A DNA stretch of 32,000 nucleotides from assembly GCA_963663995.1 (NCBI GenBank), contig OY760660.1, positions 240,001 to 272,000 on the forward strand, written 5' to 3'. The DNA comes from Erysipelotrichaceae bacterium (GTDB taxonomy: Bacteria > Bacillota_I > Bacilli_A > Erysipelotrichales > Erysipelotrichaceae). Under the pieces are notes generated by a model, which made no database searches, was not told the origin of the DNA, and was given only the letters and a program-made list of their open reading frames with translations. This document shows positions 17,687 to 24,896 of the stretch, in pieces; the first letter of the stretch is position 1, and each line of letters opens with the position of its first letter. Position numbers and translations under genes: made by a program.

Positions 17687-18406
17687 ATGTTGAAATTAGA
17701 TAGAAAATACATGCTTATTTATGTGTTTGTACTATTTTACTCTATATTTCCTAAGTTTATATTTAATAATACAATCGAATTTACATATACTTTCATGATA
17801 TTTATTACGCTTTTAATAATAGGCACTTTTATTTTTATGTACATTGATCTTCTCAAAAATAAAGATGTACTGAAAAATATAAAAAATGTAAGCACAATTG
17901 ATAAAGTATATTCTTTAATTAAGATAATTGTTATAAACTTGTTTGTTTTTATAACAGCTTTCTTGTTGTATTTTATCTCAGGCAATGTAATCAGACTTAT
18001 TACTGAGCTTATGAAAAATAATAGTGTTAATATATCTGCAATCTTTGATTTTCATCCAAGATTTAATATATTTGTTATTGTGATCGCTGGTATTTTTGGT
18101 TCACTATATCCTGTTTTCGTTATTAGTTTATATCTGATTTTTATTATTCTATATTTGTCAAAAGAAAGTAAATATAATTGGTACAATTCTCATTTCATGC
18201 TTTTCGTTTTAGTTTCGATGACTTTGTATTTTATATACACAATTTGGGAATTTTTTATATCAATTAATTCAACTTTTAGTATATTTCGTTTAGATTATTT
18301 TCTTTACTCTTTAGTGATAACAGTTTTTCCATATTTACTTTTTGTTAAACGAAAGAAATTAATGAATCTTATTTTCAAATACACATGTAATATTAACTAT
18401 TTCTAA
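17687..18406 (+). CDS. Polytopic membrane protein, unknown function
   Basis: About 7 hydrophobic segments and no recognisable motif. The ORF-track start at 17669 is a TTG; the first ATG is at 17687. Confidence 0.5.
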   Translation: MLKLDRKYMLIYVFVLFYSIFPKFIFNNTIEFTYTFMIFITLLIIGTFIFMYIDLLKNKDVLKNIKNVSTIDKVYSLIKIIVINLFVFITAFLLYFISGNVIRLITELMKNNSVNISAIFDFHPRFNIFVIVIAGIFGSLYPVFVISLYLIFIILYLSKESKYNWYNSHFMLFVLVSMTLYFIYTIWEFFISINSTFSIFRLDYFLYSLVITVFPYLLFVKRKKLMNLIFKYTCNINYF

Positions 18407-18525
18407 AATTTAATATCATTATATTTTTCTTATCAAGTTCAAACTATATCACTAGCTGATGATGATTGTATTTATAATAATAGAAATTAGTTTTCATTAA
18501 AGAAAATTAAAAAGGGGGATTAATT

Positions 18526-18987
18526 ATGAAAATAGGTATTAAAAAAACAGTTTATACATGCGCTTTATTTTCAGTTGGATTATTTATACTCAATTTTTAT
18601 GTTTCTCTGTACATGTATATGGAAGAGGCTGCATACAAAATTGAAGTAAACAAAGTAGTGCAACTACATTACCTTGCGATGATCATATGTTTTATTTTTG
18701 GAATTCTTATTGAATCAAACCGTATCATTGCGTTTTTACAGAAAAAAATTCAATTTAAATTGACTGCAGTATTCATAATCGGTTTGATAATGTTTTCAAT
18801 CGGATTAATTTCAGCCACAACTTATATAAGTTGGTTTGGATTAGAGTTTTGGCAACCATTTCCTAGAGGAAGAATAGGTATTAACATGTTTGTTGGAATA
18901 TTAACTAAAACAATTAGTATTCAATCCATATTAAGTGTTGTTGGAGGTACTTTGGTTGTTAAAGGATTATTTCCAGACAACTATTAA
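18526..18987 (+). CDS. Polytopic membrane protein, unknown function
   Basis: 153 aa with about 4 TM segments. Strong RBS AAGGGGGA 7 nt upstream. Confidence 0.55.
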   Translation: MKIGIKKTVYTCALFSVGLFILNFYVSLYMYMEEAAYKIEVNKVVQLHYLAMIICFIFGILIESNRIIAFLQKKIQFKLTAVFIIGLIMFSIGLISATTYISWFGLEFWQPFPRGRIGINMFVGILTKTISIQSILSVVGGTLVVKGLFPDNY

Positions 18988-19085
18988 TGTAATAAGATAT
19001 TAAGTTTTTTAATACAATGGAAAAACATGAGTGGATATTGTTACCATATGTATAGATTATAATTATGTTTATCACAAATTATTTA

Positions 19086-19105
19086 CTGGGTCACAGCTGG
19101 GTCAC
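19086..19105 (+). repeat. CTGGGTCAC x2, right arm of islet 2
   Basis: Copies at 19086-19094 and 19097-19105 (11-bp period). This begins a ~145-bp block conserved with 22275-22416 and 24285-24427. Confidence 0.7.
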
Positions 19106-19211
19106 GAAATACCAAATATCTTAATAAATCTTATTAATTTATGTATAATCATGTTATAGAATATTCAGTTTTATTGCGTTATATTTGGTTTTACAAGTGG
19201 TAATTGGTAAG

Positions 19212-19228
19212 TCCAATCATCCGCTCCA
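19212..19228 (+). repeat. att core copy 3 (16/17)
   Basis: TCCAATCATCCGCTCCA, followed by the hairpin AAGCCT-ATAAAA-AGGCTT plus a T-run (19239-19261). Confidence 0.85.
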
Positions 19229-19409
19229 TAAGAGATTTAAGCCTATAAAAAGGCTTTTTTTGTTATAAAATTTAACAAAACTGCATAAAAATTCATGAAA
19301 CATATATCTTTATGAGCCAGATACACATCGTATATTTTTTATGTAACTACATGAACTATGATTATGATTATTTTTTTGAAACACTGTTCTTTAAAAGTAT
19401 CCGTTGGAG

Positions 19410-20648
19410 TTAATTGCTATACATCCAATTCAAAAGGGTTATTTTCTCTTTATAATAAATGATGGCTACTTTGTACTTGCTTCGATTTTCATAATATGTA
19501 ATCAGTCGATCTAGTACGAATTCATAGTTTTCAAAATTCCGTGTATCTTTAGTTATTGAATGAAGTTGAAGCAGTTTAGATTCAAGTTTAGTTTCATTGT
19601 TGCTATATTCACACTGTATAATCTCCATTTCGAGTTTGTACATTGGATCAGTAAAACTGAATATTTTATTTTGATAGAGTTGATTAGCTTCTTGTGTCTG
19701 ACTTAATTGATAAAGACATGAACACTTAATAAAGATTCCATTTTCTGATAATTCTTGTTCAAGTTCTATTTGTTTTAAATATTCTAATGAGTCTTTATAT
19801 TCTTTATTTAGAAATGAGAACCAAGCTAGATTGTAGAGGATGACAATCTCTGTTTCTGTATCTAGAGTTGTCGAAAGAATCCGTTTGTACATTTTTTGTG
19901 ATGTTCTAAAATGTCCTAACTTTGAATTTATAGAAGCACTATGGATTTGCATATGTGTTAGTCGTTTTAGATTGCGTGTTTTAAGAAAATAATCCTCTGC
20001 AATTTCACTCAAAGACAAAGCTTTATTTAGTTTTCCATAATACGTATAAATAAACGATGCATGGTAATGAATTAATCCAGCGCTACTTTCTCTAGTTTCA
20101 TATTGAAGGGCACGATCAATCGTATTAACCGCTTCTTGAATTTGATTGTTTTTAAGAAGTTCAATCGCTTTGTAATCATAGTATAGCTGTTTGAGTTCAA
20201 TCTCAAAAAGATGGACATTTTTAATCACATATTGATATGAATCAAGATCATAATGAAGACCTAATATATGCAGGATATAAAAGATTGTATGATATTGATT
20301 CATAACTTCTGAGTAGAAGATATACTGATTGGCTAATCTTACTTGATGAATCAATCTTTCAATTTCTATTTCATTATCGAAAATGATAGATTCTAATAGA
20401 TCATTCAAATCTTCATTGAGTTTATCTTCAATATAAAGCACTGATTCTAAGTTAATATTTAAATATCGTGCTAAAGTATGAATGTTTTCTTGATTGAGAT
20501 CTCGTAATCCAATTTCGTATTTAGAAAGACTTTGATAGCTGTAACTTGTTAGTTCTGATAACTCTCTAAGCGTAAGATTTTTCTGCTTACGAGCATCAGA
20601 AAGAAGTTTTAAGATATTGATGTTTTGAAAAGTTAGTTTGTCGCCCAT
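19410..20648 (-). CDS. RNPP/Rgg-like transcriptional regulator (N-terminal XRE-type HTH and C-terminal TPR-like helical repeats)
   Basis: HTH: KQKNLTLRELSELTSYSYQSLSKYEIGLRDLNQENIHTLARYLNI. This is followed by ~350 aa of helical-repeat sequence (e.g. AGLIHYHASFIYTYYGKLNKALSLSEIAEDYF, ILYNLAWFSFLNKEYKDSLEYL). The ORF-track start at 20714 is a TTG; the ATG at 20648 (MGDKLTF) is conserved in the paralogue. Confidence 0.7.
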   Translation of the reverse strand: MGDKLTFQNINILKLLSDARKQKNLTLRELSELTSYSYQSLSKYEIGLRDLNQENIHTLARYLNINLESVLYIEDKLNEDLNDLLESIIFDNEIEIERLIHQVRLANQYIFYSEVMNQYHTIFYILHILGLHYDLDSYQYVIKNVHLFEIELKQLYYDYKAIELLKNNQIQEAVNTIDRALQYETRESSAGLIHYHASFIYTYYGKLNKALSLSEIAEDYFLKTRNLKRLTHMQIHSASINSKLGHFRTSQKMYKRILSTTLDTETEIVILYNLAWFSFLNKEYKDSLEYLKQIELEQELSENGIFIKCSCLYQLSQTQEANQLYQNKIFSFTDPMYKLEMEIIQCEYSNNETKLESKLLQLHSITKDTRNFENYEFVLDRLITYYENRSKYKVAIIYYKEKITLLNWMYSN

Positions 20649-20753
20649 AATTAGTATAATTATACAATTCAAATTTGAAATTGTCCGAAATTTGTAGACA
20701 AGATCGTTTCTCAAATTAGATATAATTGATATATAAGAAAGGTGGGTGGCTGA

Positions 20754-20813
20754 ATGATTGAACTCTACTACTTAATAATCGATTTGTTTGATATGGTATT
20801 GCCTAAGTTTTAA
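20754..20813 (+). CDS. Unannotated 19-codon hydrophobic peptide ORF (candidate SHP-like signalling pro-peptide)
   Basis: AAAGGTGGGTGG RBS 4 nt upstream of the ATG. Encodes MIELYYLIIDLFDMVLPKF. Divergent from the regulator across a 105-bp intergenic region. The paralogue at 22856-22915 differs at 5 nt: 4 synonymous and 1 Leu-to-Ile. Confidence 0.55.
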   Translation: MIELYYLIIDLFDMVLPKF

Positions 20814-20865
20814 GACTAATAAGAATTTATTAAAATGTCATGATTATGACAATGAAAGGGAGTTT

Positions 20866-21948
20866 ATGAGAATTCTAAAAAGTTTATTTGTTATATTGTT
20901 TTTCATTAGTTTGACTAGTCCAGTGAATGCGAGCACTGATGAGATTACATTTCAAGATAATTTCAATTATAATGGGCACGATTATAAAATGGTAATAGAG
21001 TATTTGAATCCACAAAGAGAATTAAATGATTTTTTGTCGAATCATTCCGAATTTTATAATGATATTTATTTAGCTTTTGGTGGCATTAGTTTAACTGAAA
21101 GTAGTATTTCTTCATTTAAACTGAAAGAAAATGAATTATATACAAATAATTTGCAAAAATATTTGGAATTCTCCGATGATTTTGATGATTTCAATTCATT
21201 CTTAGATATTTACGAAAACACATTTATTAATAGCTCCATAAGAAGTTATGTGAATTTAAAATCAGTTGATGAAAATATTAACTATATTTTCGAAAATTTA
21301 CCATATGATGAAGCTGTATTGTTTAGAAGTAATAATTTAACTTTATTATCAAGTACAATAAGTAAAAGTACTAGAGCTATAAAGAATATATCAGCAGGTG
21401 TTTCCTATGCTCAACAATATGCTTTAGCTCCTAATACAATTGACAAATATAATTATTTTCTAGGCACGGATTGTACAAATTTCGGATCACAAATAATGGA
21501 AGCGATGGGTGTCTTACAAAACTATCCTGGAACTAATGATGCATATAAAGGTTGGTGGCATAAAATTACAAAAACTTATAATCCTTATACAAACTCTTAT
21601 GATTATACACACTATTATTCATCTTCCTTTATTAATACACAATCATTTGCATTGTATTTTGGTATTTACAATAAATACACATCATTTTTAACATTCAGTC
21701 AAAATGTAAAAGTGGGTGATTTTATTTTGATTGATGAAAGTAGAGATGATGCTTGGGATCATCTTGGATTTGTAACATCAATATCACCAAGTTCGAGTAC
21801 TTATATTGATGAGAATGGCGTAAGTAGAACGTATTATAATTTTAAAGTTGCTCAGCATTCAAGCAATTATCATGCATTTGTAAATTCTAGTACAAATAAT
21901 TGGGAACAAAAAAACAATACAAGAACATATGGTATTCTTAAGAGATAA
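20866..21948 (+). CDS. Secreted protein with a C-terminal putative amidase domain (Amidase_6 / NlpC-P60-like Cys-His)
   Basis: GGGAG RBS, then MRILKSLFVILFFISLTSPVNA|S signal peptide. The C-terminal half has YAQQYA...GTDCTNFGSQIMEAMGV (21469-21483 encodes DCTNF), VGDFILID...WDHLGFV and VAQHSSNY, matching the DCTNFvSQ...H pattern of the putative amidase domain family. The ORF-track start at 20788 is an upstream TTG in non-conserved sequence. Confidence 0.65.
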   Translation: MRILKSLFVILFFISLTSPVNASTDEITFQDNFNYNGHDYKMVIEYLNPQRELNDFLSNHSEFYNDIYLAFGGISLTESSISSFKLKENELYTNNLQKYLEFSDDFDDFNSFLDIYENTFINSSIRSYVNLKSVDENINYIFENLPYDEAVLFRSNNLTLLSSTISKSTRAIKNISAGVSYAQQYALAPNTIDKYNYFLGTDCTNFGSQIMEAMGVLQNYPGTNDAYKGWWHKITKTYNPYTNSYDYTHYYSSSFINTQSFALYFGIYNKYTSFLTFSQNVKVGDFILIDESRDDAWDHLGFVTSISPSSSTYIDENGVSRTYYNFKVAQHSSNYHAFVNSSTNNWEQKNNTRTYGILKR

Positions 21949-22195
21949 GTGGAAAATAATCGTTTGTACTATTTGGCTAATAGTATTTATATTTGATTAT
22001 GGTTCTGTGTTAAACGGAAAAAAACCTACTTTTATTGTTCCTGTTGAATTTCAGTTTAATCTTGATGAGGCCAAATATCTGTATATAGGATTGGGGTATG
22101 GGGTTGTCTATAAAGAATATCCTCCTGAAGTCATAATTGTTCAGGCTGACTTCTATATTTTATGTTTTAAGATACAGTCAATAAATTCTTACTGA
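21929..22195 (+). CDS. Small membrane-anchored protein (possible immunity/partner of the amidase-domain protein)
   Basis: 88 aa with one N-terminal TM (IIVCTIWLIVFIFDYG). Overlaps the upstream gene by 20 nt. Confidence 0.4.
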   Translation: MVFLRDKWKIIVCTIWLIVFIFDYGSVLNGKKPTFIVPVEFQFNLDEAKYLYIGLGYGVVYKEYPPEVIIVQADFYILCFKIQSINSY

Positions 22196-22274
22196 TGTTA
22201 TGTTTTGATATTTTGTTGTTATTGTTTTGCATATAATAAATGAAAGTTGTGAAATAGGACTCATTTTTTGTACG

Positions 22275-22294
22275 CTGGGTCACAACTGGGTCAC
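22275..22294 (+). repeat. CTGGGTCAC x2, right arm of islet 3
   Basis: Copies at 22275-22283 and 22286-22294. Confidence 0.7.
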
Positions 22295-22399
22295 GAAATA
22301 CTAAAAATCTTAGTAACCTTATAAATTCATGTATAATCTTGTTATAGAATATTCAGTTATATTGCGTTTTATCAGGTTTTACAAGAGAAACATGGTAAG

Positions 22400-22416
22400 T
22401 CCCATCATCCGCTCCA
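22400..22416 (+). repeat. att core copy 4 (17/17)
   Basis: TCCCATCATCCGCTCCA, followed by the hairpin AAGCCT-ATAAAA-AGGCTT plus a T-run (22427-22450). Confidence 0.9.
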
Positions 22417-22588
22417 TAAGAGATTTAAGCCTATAAAAAGGCTTTTTTTTGTCGTAAAATTGAACAAAACTACATAAAAATTCATAAAACTTATATCTTT
22501 ATGACCCAGATGGTTAATATATATTTTTATGTGACTACCTGAATTATGATTATGAATATTTTATTTGAAACGATGATCTTTAAAAATA

Positions 22589-22750
22589 TTATAGGGAGTT
22601 AATTGTTATACCAATTTCGTATTTAGAAAGACTTTGATAGCTGTAACTTGTCAGTTCTGATAACTCTCTAAGAGTAAGATTTTTCTGCTTACGAGTATCA
22701 GAAAGTAGTTTTAAGATATCAATTTTTTGAAAAGTTAGTTTGTCGCCCAT
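22589..22750 (-). pseudogene. Truncated RNPP-like regulator (HTH only, 53 codons)
   Basis: MGDKLTFQKIDILKLLSDTRKQKNLTLRELSELTSYSYQSLSKYEIG is near-identical to the N-terminus of the 19410-20648 product, then a new short tail. The ~1.08-kb TPR-coding part is missing, and the junction is at CCAATT (22611-22616). Confidence 0.7.
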
Positions 22751-22855
22751 AATTAACATTATTATACAACTCAATTTTGAAAATGTCCGAAATTTGTAGA
22801 CAAGATCGTATCACAAATTAGATATAATTTATAAATGGGAAAGGTGGGTGGCTAG

Positions 22856-22915
22856 ATGATTGAACTCTATTACATAATAATCGATCTGTTTGATATGGTT
22901 TTACCTAAGTTTTAA
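22856..22915 (+). CDS. Second copy of the 19-codon hydrophobic peptide ORF
   Basis: The same RBS (AAAGGTGGGTGG). Encodes MIELYYIIIDLFDMVLPKF. Confidence 0.5.
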   Translation: MIELYYIIIDLFDMVLPKF

Positions 22916-22967
22916 GACTAATAAGAATTTATTAAAATGTCATGATTATTACAATGAAAGGGAGTTT

Positions 22968-23624
22968 ATGAGAATTCTAAAAAGTATATTCGCATTATTG
23001 TTTTTCGTTAGTTTATTAAGTCCAGTCAGTGCGAGTACTAATGAGATATTTGTAGGTGAAACTACTGTCACAAATATAGAAATTGATGGGATTAATTATA
23101 CATATACACAATATTCCACAGAATCAAGTAATTTTATGTTAGTAGATGATGGTAATTCTATAGATATATTTGAATATAATTTACAAACAAATATATTATT
23201 AATGAATAATGAACTATTTGGGATTACTAGGTTTACTACATCATATAGTAGAGCAGCTTCTTGCACTATTCCTTTACTAACTGGATTAAGAGATGAACAA
23301 GGGAATTTAGCTGTTTATGAAGGTTGTGCAACTTCAAATATTCCAGTTGGAACTGCTACAACAGCAGCACTTGCTGCAAAATCAATTTTCACAGGTGTGC
23401 CTGTAATTGTTATTCAGAACAAACTATTATCATACCTTGCAAAAACAGTACTACCTCTATATTTAGACAAAGCAATGTCATCTGCAAGACAACAGTATAG
23501 ATCTAAATATACTATGCTAGATCCGTATTCTGGATTGTATAAATATAAGAGATTATATAATTCATATATATATGTAATAAATTATAAATTGTATGGTCCA
23601 AGTGCGTCAGGTTGGTTCTTTTAA
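22968..23624 (+). CDS. Secreted protein of unknown function (shares its signal peptide with the amidase-domain protein)
   Basis: MRILKSIFALLFFVSLLSPVSA|S is homologous to the 20866 leader. The mature part is unrelated and no family was recognised. Confidence 0.55.
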   Translation: MRILKSIFALLFFVSLLSPVSASTNEIFVGETTVTNIEIDGINYTYTQYSTESSNFMLVDDGNSIDIFEYNLQTNILLMNNELFGITRFTTSYSRAASCTIPLLTGLRDEQGNLAVYEGCATSNIPVGTATTAALAAKSIFTGVPVIVIQNKLLSYLAKTVLPLYLDKAMSSARQQYRSKYTMLDPYSGLYKYKRLYNSYIYVINYKLYGPSASGWFF

Positions 23625-23635
23625 TTCGCTAAATT

Positions 23636-23932
23636 ATGAAAAAAATTCAATGTCCACATTGCCAATTTAAATTAAATAAATCGACTATTCTTAGTTTGAT
23701 TTTGTTTGATGTCAATTGTCCAAATTGTAAAAGTCGCTTAGGATTTATTAAAGGAAAAAGAACACAACCAATAATAGTTTTGATTATATTAATAAGTTAC
23801 AGTGTAATAAAAACAGAGTTGATAATTTATATAGCATATTCTTTCCTAATATGGAACTTAGGTTCGTTATGGGATATTTACAAAAATGGATTATATGAGA
23901 TTGATTCACATAATAGTTGTGAAAATGATTGA
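23636..23932 (+). CDS. Zinc-ribbon membrane protein
   Basis: CPHC...CPNC pair at the N-terminus, followed by two TM segments. 98 aa. Confidence 0.45.
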   Translation: MKKIQCPHCQFKLNKSTILSLILFDVNCPNCKSRLGFIKGKRTQPIIVLIILISYSVIKTELIIYIAYSFLIWNLGSLWDIYKNGLYEIDSHNSCEND

Positions 23933-24284
23933 TTAATAATCTTTAAATTAATAAAAAACATAAAATATAATATGATAAAAAAGCAAAGATTAGTAACTTG
24001 TTAGAAGTTTATTGTAATGTAAAAGAACTAGTTACAAGTGAATGCTATTGATGATTTTATAAGCTAAGTGAACCATTCAATGAATCACTTGGTTTTAATT
24101 TAGAGTTGATTTATTATTATTTTCGTTTGAAATGTAATTTAAAATATTTTGTCTTGTTTTTGTAATTTTCCACCTAATTATAATTAATTAGGATATTTGA
24201 GTTAATGGTTTATGGTGGTGAAAAGATATATGTAAGTATTAATACTATGTAAATAGAAGAAAAATATAAATTATGCTTAATGTG

Positions 24285-24304
24285 CTGGGTCACAACTGGG
24301 TCAC
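24285..24304 (+). repeat. CTGGGTCAC x2, right arm of islet 4
   Basis: Copies at 24285-24293 and 24296-24304. Confidence 0.7.
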
Positions 24305-24410
24305 GAAATACTAAATATCTAAATAAATCTTATTAATTCATGTATAATCTTGTTATAGATTATTCAGTTATATTGCGTTTTATTTAGATTTACATGAGGT
24401 AAATGGTAAG

Positions 24411-24427
24411 TCCCATCATCCGCTCCA
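24411..24427 (+). repeat. att core copy 5 (17/17), distal boundary of the accessory region
   Basis: TCCCATCATCCGCTCCA, followed by the hairpin AGCTCC-TTATA-GGAGCT plus a T-run (24439-24461). Confidence 0.9.
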
Positions 24428-24501
24428 TATGATACTTCAGCTCCTTATAGGAGCTTTTTTTGTAAAGTTTTAAGTATTTTTTATGAAGATTATTTCATTT
24501 G

Positions 24502-24537
24502 TTGACATACCTAGAAAACTATGTATCATATACATAG
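24502..24537 (+). promoter_or_regulatory. padR promoter region with a 19-bp palindromic operator candidate
   Basis: TTGACA at 24502-24507. Perfect inverted repeat CTATGTAT-CAT-ATACATAG at 24519-24537, containing ATGT...ACAT half-sites, overlaps the expected -10 region just upstream of the GGAGG RBS. Confidence 0.4.
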
Positions 24538-24548
24538 GAGGTCTAGGT

Positions 24549-24896
24549 ATGAATAAAGATTATATTGGTGCTGGATCAAACTTACTTGTTTTAACGCTTA
24601 TCAGCCGTAAAGATATGTATGGTTATGAGATTATCAAGAACTTAGAAATAATGTCTAAGAACGTATTTAAATTCAAAGAGGGTACTTTGTATCCAATTTT
24701 ACATCGATTAGAAAAAGATGGGTTTATCAAATCTTATCAAAGTATAGCTGATAATGGTAAAACTCGTAAATACTATCAGATTACTTCAAATGGCTTAAAA
24801 CAACTATCACTTGAACAAAAGAATTGGTCACTATTTAAAACATCCATCCAAAATATATTAGAGAATTTCACATATGACTTCTCAGAACAAGTCTGA
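24549..24896 (+). CDS. PadR family transcriptional regulator
   Basis: LLVLTLISRKDMYGYEIIKNLEIMSKNVFKFKEGTLYPILHRLEKDGFI...NGKTRKYYQITSNG is the PadR winged-helix signature. GGAGG RBS at 24536-24540. The ORF-track start at 24483 is upstream of the promoter-like sequence. Confidence 0.85.
   Translation: MNKDYIGAGSNLLVLTLISRKDMYGYEIIKNLEIMSKNVFKFKEGTLYPILHRLEKDGFIKSYQSIADNGKTRKYYQITSNGLKQLSLEQKNWSLFKTSIQNILENFTYDFSEQV

Larger units (their letters stand above)
17391..19228. mobile_element. Integrase-less islet 2 (CIME-like cassette)
   Basis: Bounded by att copies 2 and 3. The left arm carries the CTGGGTCA motif three times (17475-17502) and the right arm carries CTGGGTCAC x2 (19086-19105). Cargo is two membrane proteins. 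Confidence 0.6.
19229..22416. mobile_element. Integrase-less islet 3 (regulator, peptide ORF, secreted amidase-domain protein, small membrane protein)
   Basis: Bounded by att copies 3 and 4. Both arms are homologous to those of islets 2 and 4. Confidence 0.6.
22417..24427. mobile_element. Integrase-less islet 4 (paralogue of islet 3 with a deleted regulator and different cargo)
   Basis: Bounded by att copies 4 and 5. The left arm, regulator 5' end, intergenic region, peptide ORF and signal peptide are homologous to islet 3, and the right arm is homologous to islets 2 and 3. Confidence 0.6.

Noticed and set aside
20788-20865. N-terminal extensions MIWYCLSFKTNKNLLKCHDY... of ORFs 20788 and 22890
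   Set aside because: They start at a TTG with no RBS. The two copies differ by non-conservative changes in this frame, while the overlapping 19-codon frame changes synonymously. A GGGAG RBS and a canonical signal peptide start at Met 20866 / 22968.
17737-21691. ORFs 17737-17985 (-) and 21509-21691 (+)
   Set aside because: They are nested in the membrane-protein and amidase-domain genes respectively. They are AT-rich chance frames.
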